Assembly (NCBI GenBank): GCA_024679065.1
Contig: JAGIQG010000035.1
Span: forward strand, 7,440,001-7,504,000
DNA length: 64,000 nucleotides
From: Sphyrna mokarran
Taxonomy: Eukaryota
Direction of reading: 5' to 3'
In this document: positions 49,851 to 63,028 of the stretch, one piece after another
How the letters are laid out: every line of letters begins with the position of its first letter
How positions within the stretch are numbered: the first letter of the stretch is position 1
Notes under the pieces: generated by a model
Told to the model about the DNA's origin: nothing
The model's database searches: none
Seen by the model: only the letters and a program-made list of their open reading frames with translations
Made by a program: the position numbers and the translations under genes

Positions 49851-50499
49851 GAATCTGCTCCTGCCATTTTCTCAGGCTGTGTATTTCACCAGCATCTTCT
49901 AAACCCACCTCAGATGGACAAGGGCAGCAAACACATGGTAATACCACCACCAATGCTTAGCGCTGCCAGGGACCCTGATTCAATTCCCAGCTTGGGTCAC
50001 CATCTGTGTGGAGTCTTCACGTTCTCCCTGTGTCTGTGTGGGTTTCTTCCAGGTACTTCAGTTTCCTCCCACAGTCTGAAAGATGTGTTGGTTAGCTGCA
50101 CTGGCCATGCTAAATTCTCCCTCGGTGTACCAGAACAGGTGCCAGAGTATGGCGGCTAGGGGAATTTCACAGTAACTTCATTGCAGTGTTAATGTAAGCC
50201 TACTTGTAACACTGATAAATAAACTTTAAACCTGCGAGTTTCCCTCCAAGCACCGACCATCCTGATTTAGAAATATATCATAAACATACAAAAATAGGAG
50301 CAGTAGGAGACCATTCGGCTCTTCAAGGCCGTTCTGCAATTCATTATGATCTTGGCTAATCATCCAACTCAATAGTCTGATCCCACCCCCATTGCTCCAA
50401 GAGCTATATCCAACTCCTTCTTGAAAACCATAGGATGGGATTTTCTGGCTGAGCTTGCCCCAAAACTGGAAAATCCCACCCAAAATCAATGGATATCTG

Positions 50500-50940
50500 C
50501 ATGGTCTGCCCCCTCCTCCGCCCATTATGATGGGAAAAGGTTCCCCCACAATATTTTGGTCTCAACTGCTCCCTGTGGTAACGAATTCCACAGGGCTCAC
50601 CACTCACTAGGTGAAGAAATTTCTCCTCAGCTCCAAAACCATCTATCCTTATCCTTTGACTATGATCCGTGTTTCTGGACACCCTCACCAAGAACATCCT
50701 TCTTGAGTCTACCCTATCTGATCCTGATGGAATTTTGTAGGTTTTTAATGAGACATGCACCCCGCCCCACCCCCTTCTTCTGAACTCCAGTGAACATAAT
50801 CCTAACCAACTCAATCTCTCCACATATGTCAGTCCTGCCATCCCAGAAATCAGCCTGGTAAATCTTCTCTGCACTCCCATTACGACAGCAACATCCTTCC
50901 ACAGATAATATTCCAGGTGTGGCCACACCAAAGCCCTGTA
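50500..50940 (-). mobile_element. CR1 LINE 3' fragment
   Basis: VWPHLEY..GVQRRFTRLISGMAGLTYVERL. Confidence 0.8.
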
Positions 50941-51457
50941 TAACTATTTACATCCAATAGAATAAAAAAAAGGGACATATCGATCGGAGGAGGCACTGTT
51001 AGAGAGCAAAAGCAGAAAAAAGTACTTTCTAAAAATATATGAGGTATGAATGGTTAAGAAATAGAGTCTTACGGAAGGTTCCAAGTCCATTCAGCCCATC
51101 ATGCTAGTGCCTGTTCTTACAATGAACAATCCAACCAATCCCACTTCTCATGCTATGTCCTCGTAACCCTATAATTTTGCTTTCCTTTGCAAGTTTTATA
51201 TCTAGTTCTCTTTTGGAAGCCACTCTTTTCCAGAATGCGCAGCCCAGGTTATAACAACTTGTTGTGTTTCAAACAAAAATCACCCTTCCTCACTCACCGA
51301 ATCTTTTATTTTTCAAATGTGGCCTCTGTTAATGACCGTCTGGATGGTTGGAACTGTTCCTCCTAATTTCCAGAAAAATCTTTCAATCATTTTGAATGCC
51401 CCTATTAGATCTCTCCTTAATGTTACTCTCCACTGCAAAGTGAGCAAGCCCAGCTCC

Positions 51458-52360
51458 ATTACTAAATTTGCGGATGACACCAAAGTTGGAGGAGTGGTAG
51501 ATAGTGAAGAGGGGTGTTATAGTTTGCAGAGAGACTTGGACATGTTGCAGAGCTGGGCCGAGAGGTGGCAAATGGAGTTTAATGCGGAAAAGTGTGAGGT
51601 AATTCACTTTGGCAGGAATAACAAATGTGCAGAGTATAGGGCTAATGGTAGGACTCTTAATAGTGTTGATGAACAGAGGGATCTAGGTGTATATGTGCAT
51701 AGATCCCTGAAAGTTGGCAATCAAGTCGATAAGGTTGTTAAGAAGGCATACGGAGTCTTGGCTTTTATTGGTAGGGGGATTGAATTTCGGAGCCACAACG
51801 TCATGTTGCAACTGTACAAAACTCTAGTGCGGCTGCACTTGGAGTATTGTGTGCAGTTCTGGTCCCGCATTATAAGAAAGATGTGGAGGCATTGGAGAGG
51901 GTACAGAGGAGGTTTACCAGGATGTTGCCTGGTATGGAGGGCAGGTCTTATGAAGAGAGGCTGAGGGATTTGAGGTTGTTTTTGTTAGAAAGAAGGCGGC
52001 TAAGAGGAGACCTTATTGAAACATATAAGATGATTAGAGATTTAGATAGGGTGGACAGTGATAGCCTTTTTCCTAGGATGGAGAAAGTAGCACGAGGGGA
52101 CATAGCTTTAAATTGAGGGGTGGTAATTATAGGACGGATGTCAGAGGTAGGTTCTTTACCCAGAGGGTGGTAAGGGTATGGAATGCCCTGCCTGCTGCAG
52201 TTGTAGATGCGCCAAGTTTGGGGGTGTTTAAGTGGTCAGTGGATAGGTTTATGGATGAAAAGGGAATGGTTTAGGTTAGAGGGTCATTGCTTTTTCTTAA
52301 TTGGTCGGCGCAACATCGAGGGCCGAAGGGCCTGTTCTGCGCTGTAATGTTCTATGTTCT
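51458..52360 (+). mobile_element. CR1 LINE, 5'-truncated, relatively young
   Basis: KFADDTKVGG..WQMEFNAEKCEVIHFG; very similar to 47477-48315. Confidence 0.92.
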
Positions 52361-53754
52361 ATATTCATACATCTTTCCACATACCTGGAATTTTGAATTC
52401 CAGGCAGTATCGTCGTCAATCTCCTCTGCCACCTATTCAGTCTCTCTAACATTTAGAATGAATTCTTTACAGTTCAGAACGATGTGCGTGCATGGGTTTA
52501 AACATTGGCACCGAAGCAAGCTGAATGTACACAACTGTTGTAATATCATAGATTCCCTGCAGTGCAAAAGGAGGCCATTTGGCCCAGTGAGTCTGTACTG
52601 ATTCTCTGACAGAGCACTTTACCCAAGTCGTATCCCCATACTGCATGCATTCATTTACCCTGCTAATTTCCATAACCTGCACATCTTTGGACATTAAGGG
52701 GCAATTTAGCATGGCCAATCACCTAACCTGCACATCTTTAGACAGTGGGAGGAAACCGGAGCACCCGGAGGAAACCCATGTCGACATGGGGAGAACTTAC
52801 AAACTCAGCACAGTCGGTCACCAGAGGCTGGAGCTGAACCCAGGTTCCAAGCACTGTGGGGCAGCGGTGCTAACCTCTGTGCGGCCCATACTGGCAGCTC
52901 AAGTTTTTTATTTTCCAATTAAGTTGCTCCTAAAATTAAGACCTGCTGCTCAAAGATAAGTGGATTGGCTTTCAAGAAGTGGAAAAGGAGTCCCATTGCG
53001 ACTGTCATGTTTGGCGATAACATCTGTGGTCACCTTCCTTTTTGTTTATTAGTTGGCAGGATGCACACGGGTCAGCACAAAGGCCAGATTTGTCTTATGA
53101 CATAAGATTGTCCTCCAACATCTCCGGAACCTCTGACAGTGGCTTTTGATGACTATTTCCCTTTCCACCAACTGAAAAAATGTCAGTTTCAGACAGTCTC
53201 ACCGTTCCTAGTTGGACCTACTCCAGGATTCTGATTTGGTGAGATTAGCAAACAGTTGGCCAACTTCACTCGTCCAAACTCCAAGGCTGATTTGTTTTAT
53301 ACTGAGGGCCCCAGGTGTTGTAACATTGCAAAAAGAAGAACATGAAATAAAATCCTGCCGTTATACTGCATCGCTTACACTTTAAGTCACATAAACATTC
53401 AAATTAGGAGCAGGAGTAGACCACTCAGCTCCTCGAGCCTGCTCTGCTATTCAACAATATCATGGCTGATCTGATTGTAACCTCAACCCCACATTCCTGC
53501 CCACCTCCAGTAACCTTTCACCCCCATGTTAATTAAGAATTTATCCAAGCCTGCCTTAAAAATATTCAAAGAATCTGCTTCCGTTGCCTTTTGAAAAGAG
53601 AATTCCAGAGACTCACCACCTTCTGAGTGAAAAGAATTCTCCGCATCTCCATCTTAAATGGGTGACCCCTTATTTTTAAACTGTGAACCATAGTTCAAGA
53701 ATCTCCCACAAGCGGAAATACCCAAAAGCATCATTAATGAAGGAAAACCAGAGG

Positions 53755-53972
53755 AGGTGATGGTCTCGTGGGATTTTCAGTAGACCATTAATCCAAAAAC
53801 TCAGCTAATGTTCTGGGGAACCTGGATTTGAATCCCACCACGGCAGATGGTGGAATTTGAATTCAATAAAAAATGTCTGGAGTTAAGAATCTACTGATGA
53901 CTGTGAAACTATTATTGGTTGTCAGAAAAACCCATCTGGTTCTCTAATGCATTTAGGGAAGGAAATCTGCTG
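53755..53972 (+). mobile_element. Additional tRNA-derived SINE family (copies also near 26790-27120 and 31700-32000)
   Basis: Shared ttgaatcccaccacggcagatggtggaatttgaattcaat and aaaacccatctggttc. Confidence 0.65.
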
Positions 53973-56900
53973 CACTTTCCTGTGCTAGGACAGATATACA
54001 GACCCTCCAATTAAATCCTAATTGATAGCAATTATTCAATATAAGTCACTGATATATAAAAATGTGGCACTGGGTGTTGGTGGATAATTATATGTGGAGT
54101 TGGATTAAAGAAATAAATGTAGTTTACGAAGAAGCTGAACTCATGTCTCTATTTCTAAACTACAACCAAGAAGCTCAAACAGTGTTAGCAGAGGATGGTT
54201 CCTGGTTGCAAGTAAAGGGCTGTAACTTATGACTTCTTCAAAAAATAGGGCAAGACTTGACTCAATCAAATCAACAAAGGAGTGAGTAGGAAAGAACAAA
54301 CTGGCTAAACCAAGAGTAAAGGTGTCAGGATGTGACTATCCACCATTATTCTCAAACAGTCAACGTTATGAACAATGGAAAAGTGAAGTTGCTGTATGGA
54401 CTAAGGTAGCTGATATGGGGAAGAGAAAACAAGGAATGGTTTTGGCTCTTTCTTTTCCAGAGAGAAGTCAAGTTAGACGCAAAGTATTTTCCAAATTAGA
54501 GTTGGAACATTTGGACTCGGAGGAAGGTCTGGACATCTTATTAACTTTTATGGATAAGATCCATCAGAAAGATGGCTTGCTGAGTGTGTATGAAGCCTGG
54601 TTAGATTTTGGAAATTGGAGAACATTTCTATTGAGCAATATGTGGTGGAATTTAGCAGACTATATCCAGGCAAAAATACTGCCTGGAAATTCCACAGTCT
54701 GCATTGGCATTTAAGTTACCGGACTGTGTGAAAACTATAAGTATGGATAGCTCCTGGTTTTGAAAGGAATTAAGTTTGTAGACAAACTCACCTTATATGA
54801 TCAAATGTCAGAGGCCTTAAATTTTTTTTAGGGAAACATTCTATCCCTGTGGCTTTTATAACACAAATGGGAGAGTCAGTGATAAAACAGACAGTGGCAA
54901 GTGGACTGTTGACAGAATGGCAAAATCATATAGGCATAAACCAGCTATGAGAGTATGCAGAAGAGTGGAACCCAGAAATTATAACGACAGAAACTCTTTA
55001 ATATCTATAGCAGAAGGAAGGATTTGGAGAGAAGTGATAGAAAAATGAACCCTAGAAATGGTCAGGTTATGATAAATCAGTGTTTTCAGAGTGACTCTAA
55101 ATTATATTATCCTTTCAACTGCCTGAAATGATCTAGTAGAATGTTTGAAGCTATGCATGAGATGGAAGAATTGGAAGAGGAAAAAGGTAATGATCAGAAA
55201 GAAGGCATTGTCTTATTAACGAGAAACTTTACAAAGTTTTGGTTGCAGAATCGTTTAATTGTGCTGTATTGGACAGTGGCTGCATATCTACCATATTAGG
55301 AATTGTCTAGTTAAAATGTTACCTGGGCTCTTTAGATTTTTCCTGAAATTTGTGGAACTTACAAATTCCTTAACTTTGTGCTGAAAACCAGAACAAAGTT
55401 AAGGAATTTGTAAGTTCCACAAGTTTCAGGTTTGGGGATAATATTACCCTGAGGTCACTGAAAAGAGTGGTGATCCCTTGTAATATTGCCAGAGCAAACA
55501 TTCTCATTAGCATAGATGTTGTGTCAAGTGAGATACCTTTGCTTCTGAGTAGAAAGGCACATGGAAACCGGATATAGAAAATGATAAAGCAACAGTTATT
55601 GGAGAGGGACAGGAATGAGATCACCAACAAAGTTCCATATGGACAGTGGGGGATGGGATTTACTAATGATGAGTTTCAGGATATGTGTGAAAACATGAAT
55701 ACGATTGTGGAAAACCCATTTACTAATGGGATGTGAGAGAGAAATCATGCACTATTGGATGACATCCTCTAGGAAGTTTTGGCAGATAGACCAGATTTCA
55801 ATTTAAAGTTCAGCCTTGGCATGACTAGTATGTGCAAATAATTCATTGCAGATGATTGGGGAGCTATAGTCCCGTCAATTAGTATTCGGAAAGAATCCTA
55901 AAGTTCCATCCATTCTGAATGACCAGCCTCCAGCTTGGGAAAGGTTTATAATGAGCTGTGCCTTTGCTGAGCATTTAAATGCATTGCACAGAAGTAGAGG
56001 ACCATTTTTGAAGCCGAAGTCTTCTGAAAAAAATTTGCAGAGCTTTAAGACATGGCGATCAAACACCATTTTTTAGCAAAGCATTGATGGCAAAACAATT
56101 GTTTTGCAAGGTGCAAATTTAGCGTAGACGTACGTGATGGGGAACTAGGTTCATCTGATATTTATGTGTTACAAAACTAAGCACTAGTTAACTTAAATTG
56201 ATAAGGTATCTGTACAGGAACACAATATTTCTGATGAACCAGAACAGGCCATTTTTCCGAAAGTATGATTGCCAAAGTTGGTACAAAAGTGACATACTTG
56301 CCTGAAGGGAATGACGCAACTGTCATTAGTGGAGCAGGGAAGGCCACTTCAAGTATAAACACTGATTGAATGTACAGAATACAGAGGAGGCCATCAGGAC
56401 CATGGACTGGGAACACAAAGTTCTGAAATTGAGGGCACAGAAACATAGCATCTGCTCAGAGAGTAAGTGCGATAGTGAATATATTCATAGGAAGAGATTG
56501 AGAACCATTGAAAGAATATCTCAGAACAGGAGGAAAAGATCAAGCAGTGGTAGCACAGAACGAGATATCAGGTGGGAAAGGGGGGCGGAGCATGACACAG
56601 CCTCAATTTGAGTAAGATTACAAATGCTATTAGGAGTAGAAGCCCACATACTCCTGAGATTTTAGTGGTCTTCAATAAACTAGATGAAAAAGTTATAAAA
56701 GATGTCAAACTATTAGAGTGAATTTGGGGATACACAGAGGTACCAGATTGGGGACAAAGAGTTCTATATCACAGATGGATTTGCACAGAAGAATTGCTTC
56801 CTGATGGAACGTATAAGGCAAAGGGCAGGGCTTGTGGCAAGGGGATTTAGATTCACCCACAGCGGGGAAGGTTATTTTAAAGATCTTCTTAGCTCTGTTG

Positions 56901-57000
56901 TGGGAATGCATGGAAATGTAAATCTATTGATATAAAAGTTGCCTTTTGCAGAACATCAGCTTCCGAGAGACAACTTTCTCCATCCTCCTAAAGAGACAGT

Positions 57001-58010
57001 TAACACAAAGAACAAAACAGCACGGGAAACAGGCCCTTTGGCCCAACGAGCCTGCACCGCCACCTCGATGTTCCCACTTCTACCCGCCATGTTTATAGAT
57101 CTATGGATTAAAAACCAAATTTGAGACAATTTAGGGAGAATTTGTTTTGCCAATTAGCCTAAGAGCACGTCTTTGGGATGTGGGAGGAAACCGGAGCTCC
57201 CGGAGAAAACCCACGCAAGCACGGGGAGAATGCGCAAACTCCCACAGACACAGGCCCAAATCCATGCATCTGCACAGCACAGCGATAGTCACTGAGCTGT
57301 CGTGTTGCCCATCAAATGGTCCAGGTCAAGCGTACACTAATGACGTGAAGCACTAGGATACTCTCAAAAAAAAAAATCCAAGAGCAGTCCTTTTATGACC
57401 CATCGCGTGTATGCCCCTTGTTAGACAATAAGGTGGACCAAAGCACCTGTAGGATAAAAAAAGTACATCAATATCATCATCTATTTACACACTTCCCAGG
57501 GATTCCCAAGGCTCATGATCCCCATTTTAAATCAGTTTTCTATACCCCTCCATTCCCATTCTGTTCATGTGCCCATCTAAGTATTTCTTAAATAACTCCA
57601 GAGTACCTGCCTCCACCACTTTACTTGGCAGTGCGTTCCATACCCCCACCACCCTCTGTGTGAAAAAACTCCCTCTAGCATCCAAATTATACCTTACCCC
57701 TCTCATTTTAAGCCTGTGACCCCTCGTGCTATTTGAGTCCACCCTAGGAAAAAGCTTCGCCCTGTTTACTCTATCTATCCCCTTCAAAATCTTATACACC
57801 TCTATCAGATCTCCTCTAAGTCTATGTCTTTCTAAGGAAAACAGTCTCAATTTGCCTAATCTGTCCTCGTAACTCAGACCTTCCATTCCAGGCAGCATCC
57901 TGGTAAACCTCCTCTGCACTCTCTCCAGAGTCTCCACGTCCTTCTGGTAGTAAGGCGACCAGAACTGGACCCAGTATTCCAAATAAGGTCTAACCAGCAT
58001 TTTATACAAC
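57001..58010 (-). mobile_element. CR1 3' part with SINE-containing 3' UTR, nested in the Copia RT
   Basis: ORF 57527-58012 CR1 C-terminus; collinear with 6063-7426. Confidence 0.9.
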
Positions 58011-58514
58011 AAACAGAAGGAGTATTCTGGAAGTTAAATAAACGTGTTTATGGGCTAAATACATCTAGAGTTTGGTAAGGTTGGTTTTGTTAAAGTTTGG
58101 CTGTTGCCCATTGAAAGCAGATCCTGCAATGCTTTACTGGCACTATGAAGGAAATCTTTCTGGTATCTTTATGATGCATGTCGAAGATTTTGTGTGGGGT
58201 GGCAGTAGTGATTTCGAAGCTATAGTAGACACTGGGATGAGGAAGAAATTCAGGGTTGGAAGTCAGGCTTCAGGCACTTCAAATATATTGCGCTGGAAAT
58301 TGGACAGATAGAGTCACGTGTCACTCCAATCAGCAATCTTATTTGGAGAGTATCAGCCCAATAGCAATTAGTTATAGTAGGGCTTCACAAAGGATGCGGT
58401 GGTTTCTAAGAAGGAAAAAGAGGAACTCTGAAGTTTGATTGGGCAACTGAATTGGGTAGGCAGACAGATCAGATTGAGCATTGTCCTAGAGTTGAATGCA
58501 AAAATGAAAGTTCA

Positions 58515-59317
58515 TTGAGATATAGGAGCAGAATTAGGCCATTCAGCCCATTGATTCTATTCGGCCATTCAATCATGGCTAATTTGCTCCTCATCCCCAC
58601 TTTCCTGCCTTCTCCCCATAACCCTTCAACCCATTACCAATTAAAAATCTGTCTAACTCTTCCTTAAATTTATTCACTGTCCCAGCATCCACCACATTCT
58701 GGGGTAGCGAATTCCATAGATTCACAACTCTTTAGAGAAGTAGTTTCCCCTCAACCTCAAATTTACTACCTCTTCTCCTAAGACTATGACGCTAGAATGT
58801 CCCACCAGGCGGAAGCATCAGCTCCACAACTACTTTATCTATATCTTTTATCATCTTGTATATCTCAATTTGATTTCCTCTCATTCTTCTAAATTCCAGA
58901 GTGTAGGCTATTCAATCTCTTTTCATACCCCCTCATCTCAGTAGTTAAATCTATTGATCATCTTCTGACTGCCTCCAATGCCATGACATCTTTGCTCAAA
59001 TAAGGAGCCCAAAACTGTGCACAATACTCCAGGTGCGGCGCACCAATGCCCTGTATAGTTGCAACAATACTTCCTTACCTTTATATTCTATTCCTTTAGC
59101 TATAAATGCCAACATTCTATTCACTTTCTTTATTATCTGCTGTACCTGTGTGCTAGTTATGGGTGACTCGTGAACAAGGACACCCAGATCCCTCTGCATC
59201 GGAGCACACCGAAGTCGTTCCCGTTATTGAGATAATAAGCCGCCTTCCTATTTTTCTGACCAAAATGCACAACCTCATAGTTATCCGCATTAAACTCTAT
59301 CTGCCAACCTACATACG
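58515..59317 (-). mobile_element. CR1 3' fragment nested in Copia
   Basis: WQIEFNADNYEVVHFG, QRDLGVLVHES. Confidence 0.85.
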
Positions 59318-61739
59318 TGGGATCACATGATCCTAGAGTGGAAGACATAGTGAGGGCAAACAAAACATTGACCAAACTAAAAATGCAGGAGTGTGTTTTG
59401 AGGTTCCCATTTTTGGGTGATCTTAGACACCTGAAACTTATAGTTTTTAGTGATGCATCCTATGCCAATTTATGTGATGAGTTTCAAGTTTGGGAGGTTT
59501 TATAATATTTCTTTTGGGGAAAATGTTGCCCCCTTGTGTGGAAACAAAGAAAATAAGGAAGGCTACTCAGACACTAAGCCTTTCAGAGGCACTGGATATG
59601 GATTTTTTCATTTCACAGATATTAACAGAAATTTTGGGATTAGGGGATTCGGGTAAAATACCCATTGAGTGTCACACTGACAATCAATCCCTTTTGGAAA
59701 ATGCATACACCACAAAAAGTGTAAACGAGAAAAGGTAGAGGATTGGCACAGCCAGTCTAAAGCAAATGCTGGATAAAGGGGAATTGTCAAAAATTAAATG
59801 GGTCGATAATCGCTATTAATTGTTTTACTGAGAGAGGGGCTACTTTGAAGAAACTTTTGGATGTTACTGAGGAAAGTTATTTCTCTGCGGATATATGTTT
59901 TTTTTTTTCTCTACCAACAAATGTAAAAAAGAGGAAGGGAAAATAGTATGTTTTGCATTTTCTGTTTTTCTGTGGAAATAATATTCAATTTTCCTTCCAA
60001 GGAAGGGGGGACGGTTAGGAATGAATTAACAGAGCTTGCAAATGAGTCCTAATTTGATGTCAATTACTGAATAGAAGTCACTAATATATAAGGGAGCTAC
60101 AGGTGGCACTGGGTGTTGGAGGAGAATTCTATATATGTGGAGTTAGATCAAAGAAATGGAGATAGTTCATGAAGAAGCTGAACTCATGTCTCCTTTACTG
60201 AACTACAACCGAGACGCTCAGACAATCAGCTCGGTCAAACATGTAACTCCAGAGCCACAGCAATATGGTTGACTTTCAAATGGCTGAGTGAGCCACTCAG
60301 TTCAAGGGCAACTAGGGCTGGGCAATAAATACTGGGCCCAGCCAGCAACACCCGTGTTGAACGAATTAAACGAAACAACTTGACTGCAGCAACGAGCAGA
60401 CAATCAAATGATGTTTGTTGAAGGTTAAATATTATGCGGTGTTACAGCAAAGCTGATGAATATGCTGATTGTGTCATGGCCAATATTTGCCCCTTAATCA
60501 ATATTGTTCAAATAAATGATCTGGTATCTATGGGATTGTTGTTTGTGGGACTACTCCTGTAGATAAGTGGACTGCTGCATTTTCTATTTTGAAACAGAAC
60601 ATGTGAAGCTATGTGGCACCAACACGAGAGGTTTCTCAATTAACAGGATGCTGCCATTAGGGCATCACGGTGGCACTGTGATTAGCACTGCTGCCTCACA
60701 GCGCCAGGAATCTGGGTTCGATTCCCGGCTTGGGTCACTGTCTGTGTGGAGTTTGCACATTCTCCTCGTGTTTGCGTGGGTTTCCTCTGGGTGCTCCGGT
60801 TTCCTCCCACAGTCCAAAAGGTGTGAGGGTTAGATTGATTGGCCATGCCAAATTGTCCCTTAGTGTCCTGGGATGCATTGAGTCTGCACTGACTACCCCA
60901 GCCCCTCTCCACCATCTTACTCCCACACATTTCTCATGGCTAATCATTCAAACCTACACATCTTTGGATATTAAGGGAAATTTAGCGTGGCCAATCCGCC
61001 TCACCTGCATATCTTTGGAGTGTGAGAAGAAACAGACACGGGGAGAAAGTGCAAAACTGGCACAGACAGTCACTTGAAGCCAGAATCGAACACATGGCTT
61101 TGGCTCTTTGAGGCAGCAATGCTAACCACTGCGCTGCTCTCTGTGCAACGGTGCCAACCCTCACAACAGGCAAATTGTTGAACTTACTCAATCTTACAAA
61201 ATTCCAAACATTGGCTGGAGGATAGGGTGAGGGGGGGTTTGTACTGTCAGGGTGGCATTTGACAATGCCAGAGAGCAGTGTCAAGGTGGCAGTACCAGAC
61301 CACTGCCCAGCTATGTCTTCCACCACCTGGAGGCTACACTTACCAGTGCACACTGCAACATGATCATCATGGGCAGTTTTTATTTTTAAAACTGGTGGTG
61401 AAATCACAGCGATGTGACATCATGCCAGCTGGGCGGGATGAGACAACGAGGGTGGGAGTAGTGGCAGGAAGGCCTAAAATGTTGTTCAAATTGATTATAA
61501 AATATACTAATAAGGCTCAAGCCCTTCCTGATTATGTCACCAGTGAGGGGTTTCAATCCGAAATTTCACCAGCAAATCTTGTTTTTGCCCTCATGAGATT
61601 CAGGCCGTTACACGATTTGTGCCCCAGAATAGTGTCAGGGGCTAGGTATGTAAGCACTGCTTTGGATCAAGACTAATCAATCTGCATCAATCTACCCTGA
61701 GTCTCATAAACTTTGTCTAAAGACTGTAAATTGTATTGG

Positions 61740-62097
61740 TGACGGCACAGTGGCACTGTGGTTGGCATCACTGCCTCTTAGCGCCAGGGACCCAGGGTCA
61801 ATTCCTGGCACGGGTCACTATCTGTGTGGAGTCGGCGCATTTTCCCCGTGTCTGTGTGGGGTTCATCCAGGTGGTCCGGTTGGCACATTCTCCCCACGTC
61901 TGCGCAGGTTTCTTCTGGGTGCTCAGGTTTCCTCCCACAGTCCAATAGACATGTTGGCTAAGTGCGTTGGTTGTGATAAATTCTCCCTCAGTGTACCTGA
62001 ATAAGCGCTGGAGTGTGGCGACTAGGGAATTTTCACAGTAACTTTATTGCAGGGTTAATGTAAACCTACTTGTGACACTAATAAATAAGCTTTAAAC
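61740..62097 (+). mobile_element. SINE with HE1-like head and an alternative tail (copies at 31140-31680 and 49955-50225)
   Basis: Tail ggaattttcacagtaact..gttaatgtaa.cctacttgtgacactaataaataa. Confidence 0.75.
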
Positions 62098-62610
62098 TTT
62101 AATTAACTTTTAAACTGGTGATATTTGCACAACACACTTGGATCTGAAAATCTGTCTCCTGTCAGTTACAGATGCAAACAAAGTTTAACAGATGTTTTTG
62201 GGGTTATTTTTGCAGTTTTGCTGTGGATTTGGCCTGAATGCTTTGCTGCTGGAGATGGTGAGTAACAATCCAAAAATCGGGAACATAGAGTTTTGTTAAA
62301 TATGTAAAAATAATCATAAGAAAATACTCTGAAGAGCTGTGATTCCATTCATTCACTGACCTTTTACTTCATGGTTTGATCATAAACAATAGGATCCCTA
62401 CAGTGCAGAAACAGCCATTCAGCCTATCGAGCCTGCACCAAAAACAATCCCATCCTATTCCCATAACCCATGTATTTGCCCTATTAATCTTCCTGACACA
62501 TAGTGGCAATTTAGCATCCAATCCACCTAACTTGCATATCATTAGACACTGAGGGTTAATTTATCATGGCCAATCCATCTAACCTGAGCGTTCATGGGCT
62601 GTGGGAGGAA

Positions 62611-63028
62611 TGGTGTAGAGATGCTGGTGTTGGACTGGGGTAAACATAATAAGCAGTCTCTATCTGTAACTAGCTGTAAGCCTCGATCTATCTAACTGTC
62701 TGTCACACTATCTGTAACCCCCTCCCCCATGTCTTGCCTGGGCTTGCAAAATCTCACTTACTGTCCTGTCTGGAGACAATACTCATCTCTTTAACCTATG
62801 CTAATGCTGTCTCCACTCAAATTGTCTGCATCTTTAAGACTCGAGTAGCAGGTTAACTGTAAAGACTCACATTCTATTTAGTATTGTGTAAACTGTGTTT
62901 GTCTTTATATGCCCTTCTCTGATCAGAAGCTTCCACATACCTGACAAAGAAACAACGTTTCCGAAAGCTTGTGGGATTACTATCAAATAAACTGTTTGGA
63001 CTTTAACCTGGTGTTGTGAGACTTCTTA
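62611..63028 (+). mobile_element. Penelope pLTR solo fragment inserted in a SINE; degenerate hammerhead
   Basis: Homologous to 45060-45390; flanking ctgtgggag duplication; CTGACAA..GAAAGCTT. Confidence 0.75.

Larger units (their letters stand above)
53983..60224 (+). mobile_element. Decayed Copia (GalEa-like) LTR retrotransposon
   Basis: LTRs at 53983-54181 and 60013-60224; PBS tgttagcagaggatggtt (54183-54200, tRNAiMet); PPT ggaagggggg; gag YEQWKSEV..W; protease LDSGC; integrase remnant; RT VYGLN/HVEDF; RNaseH FSDAS/TDNQS, in Copia order. Confidence 0.88.
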
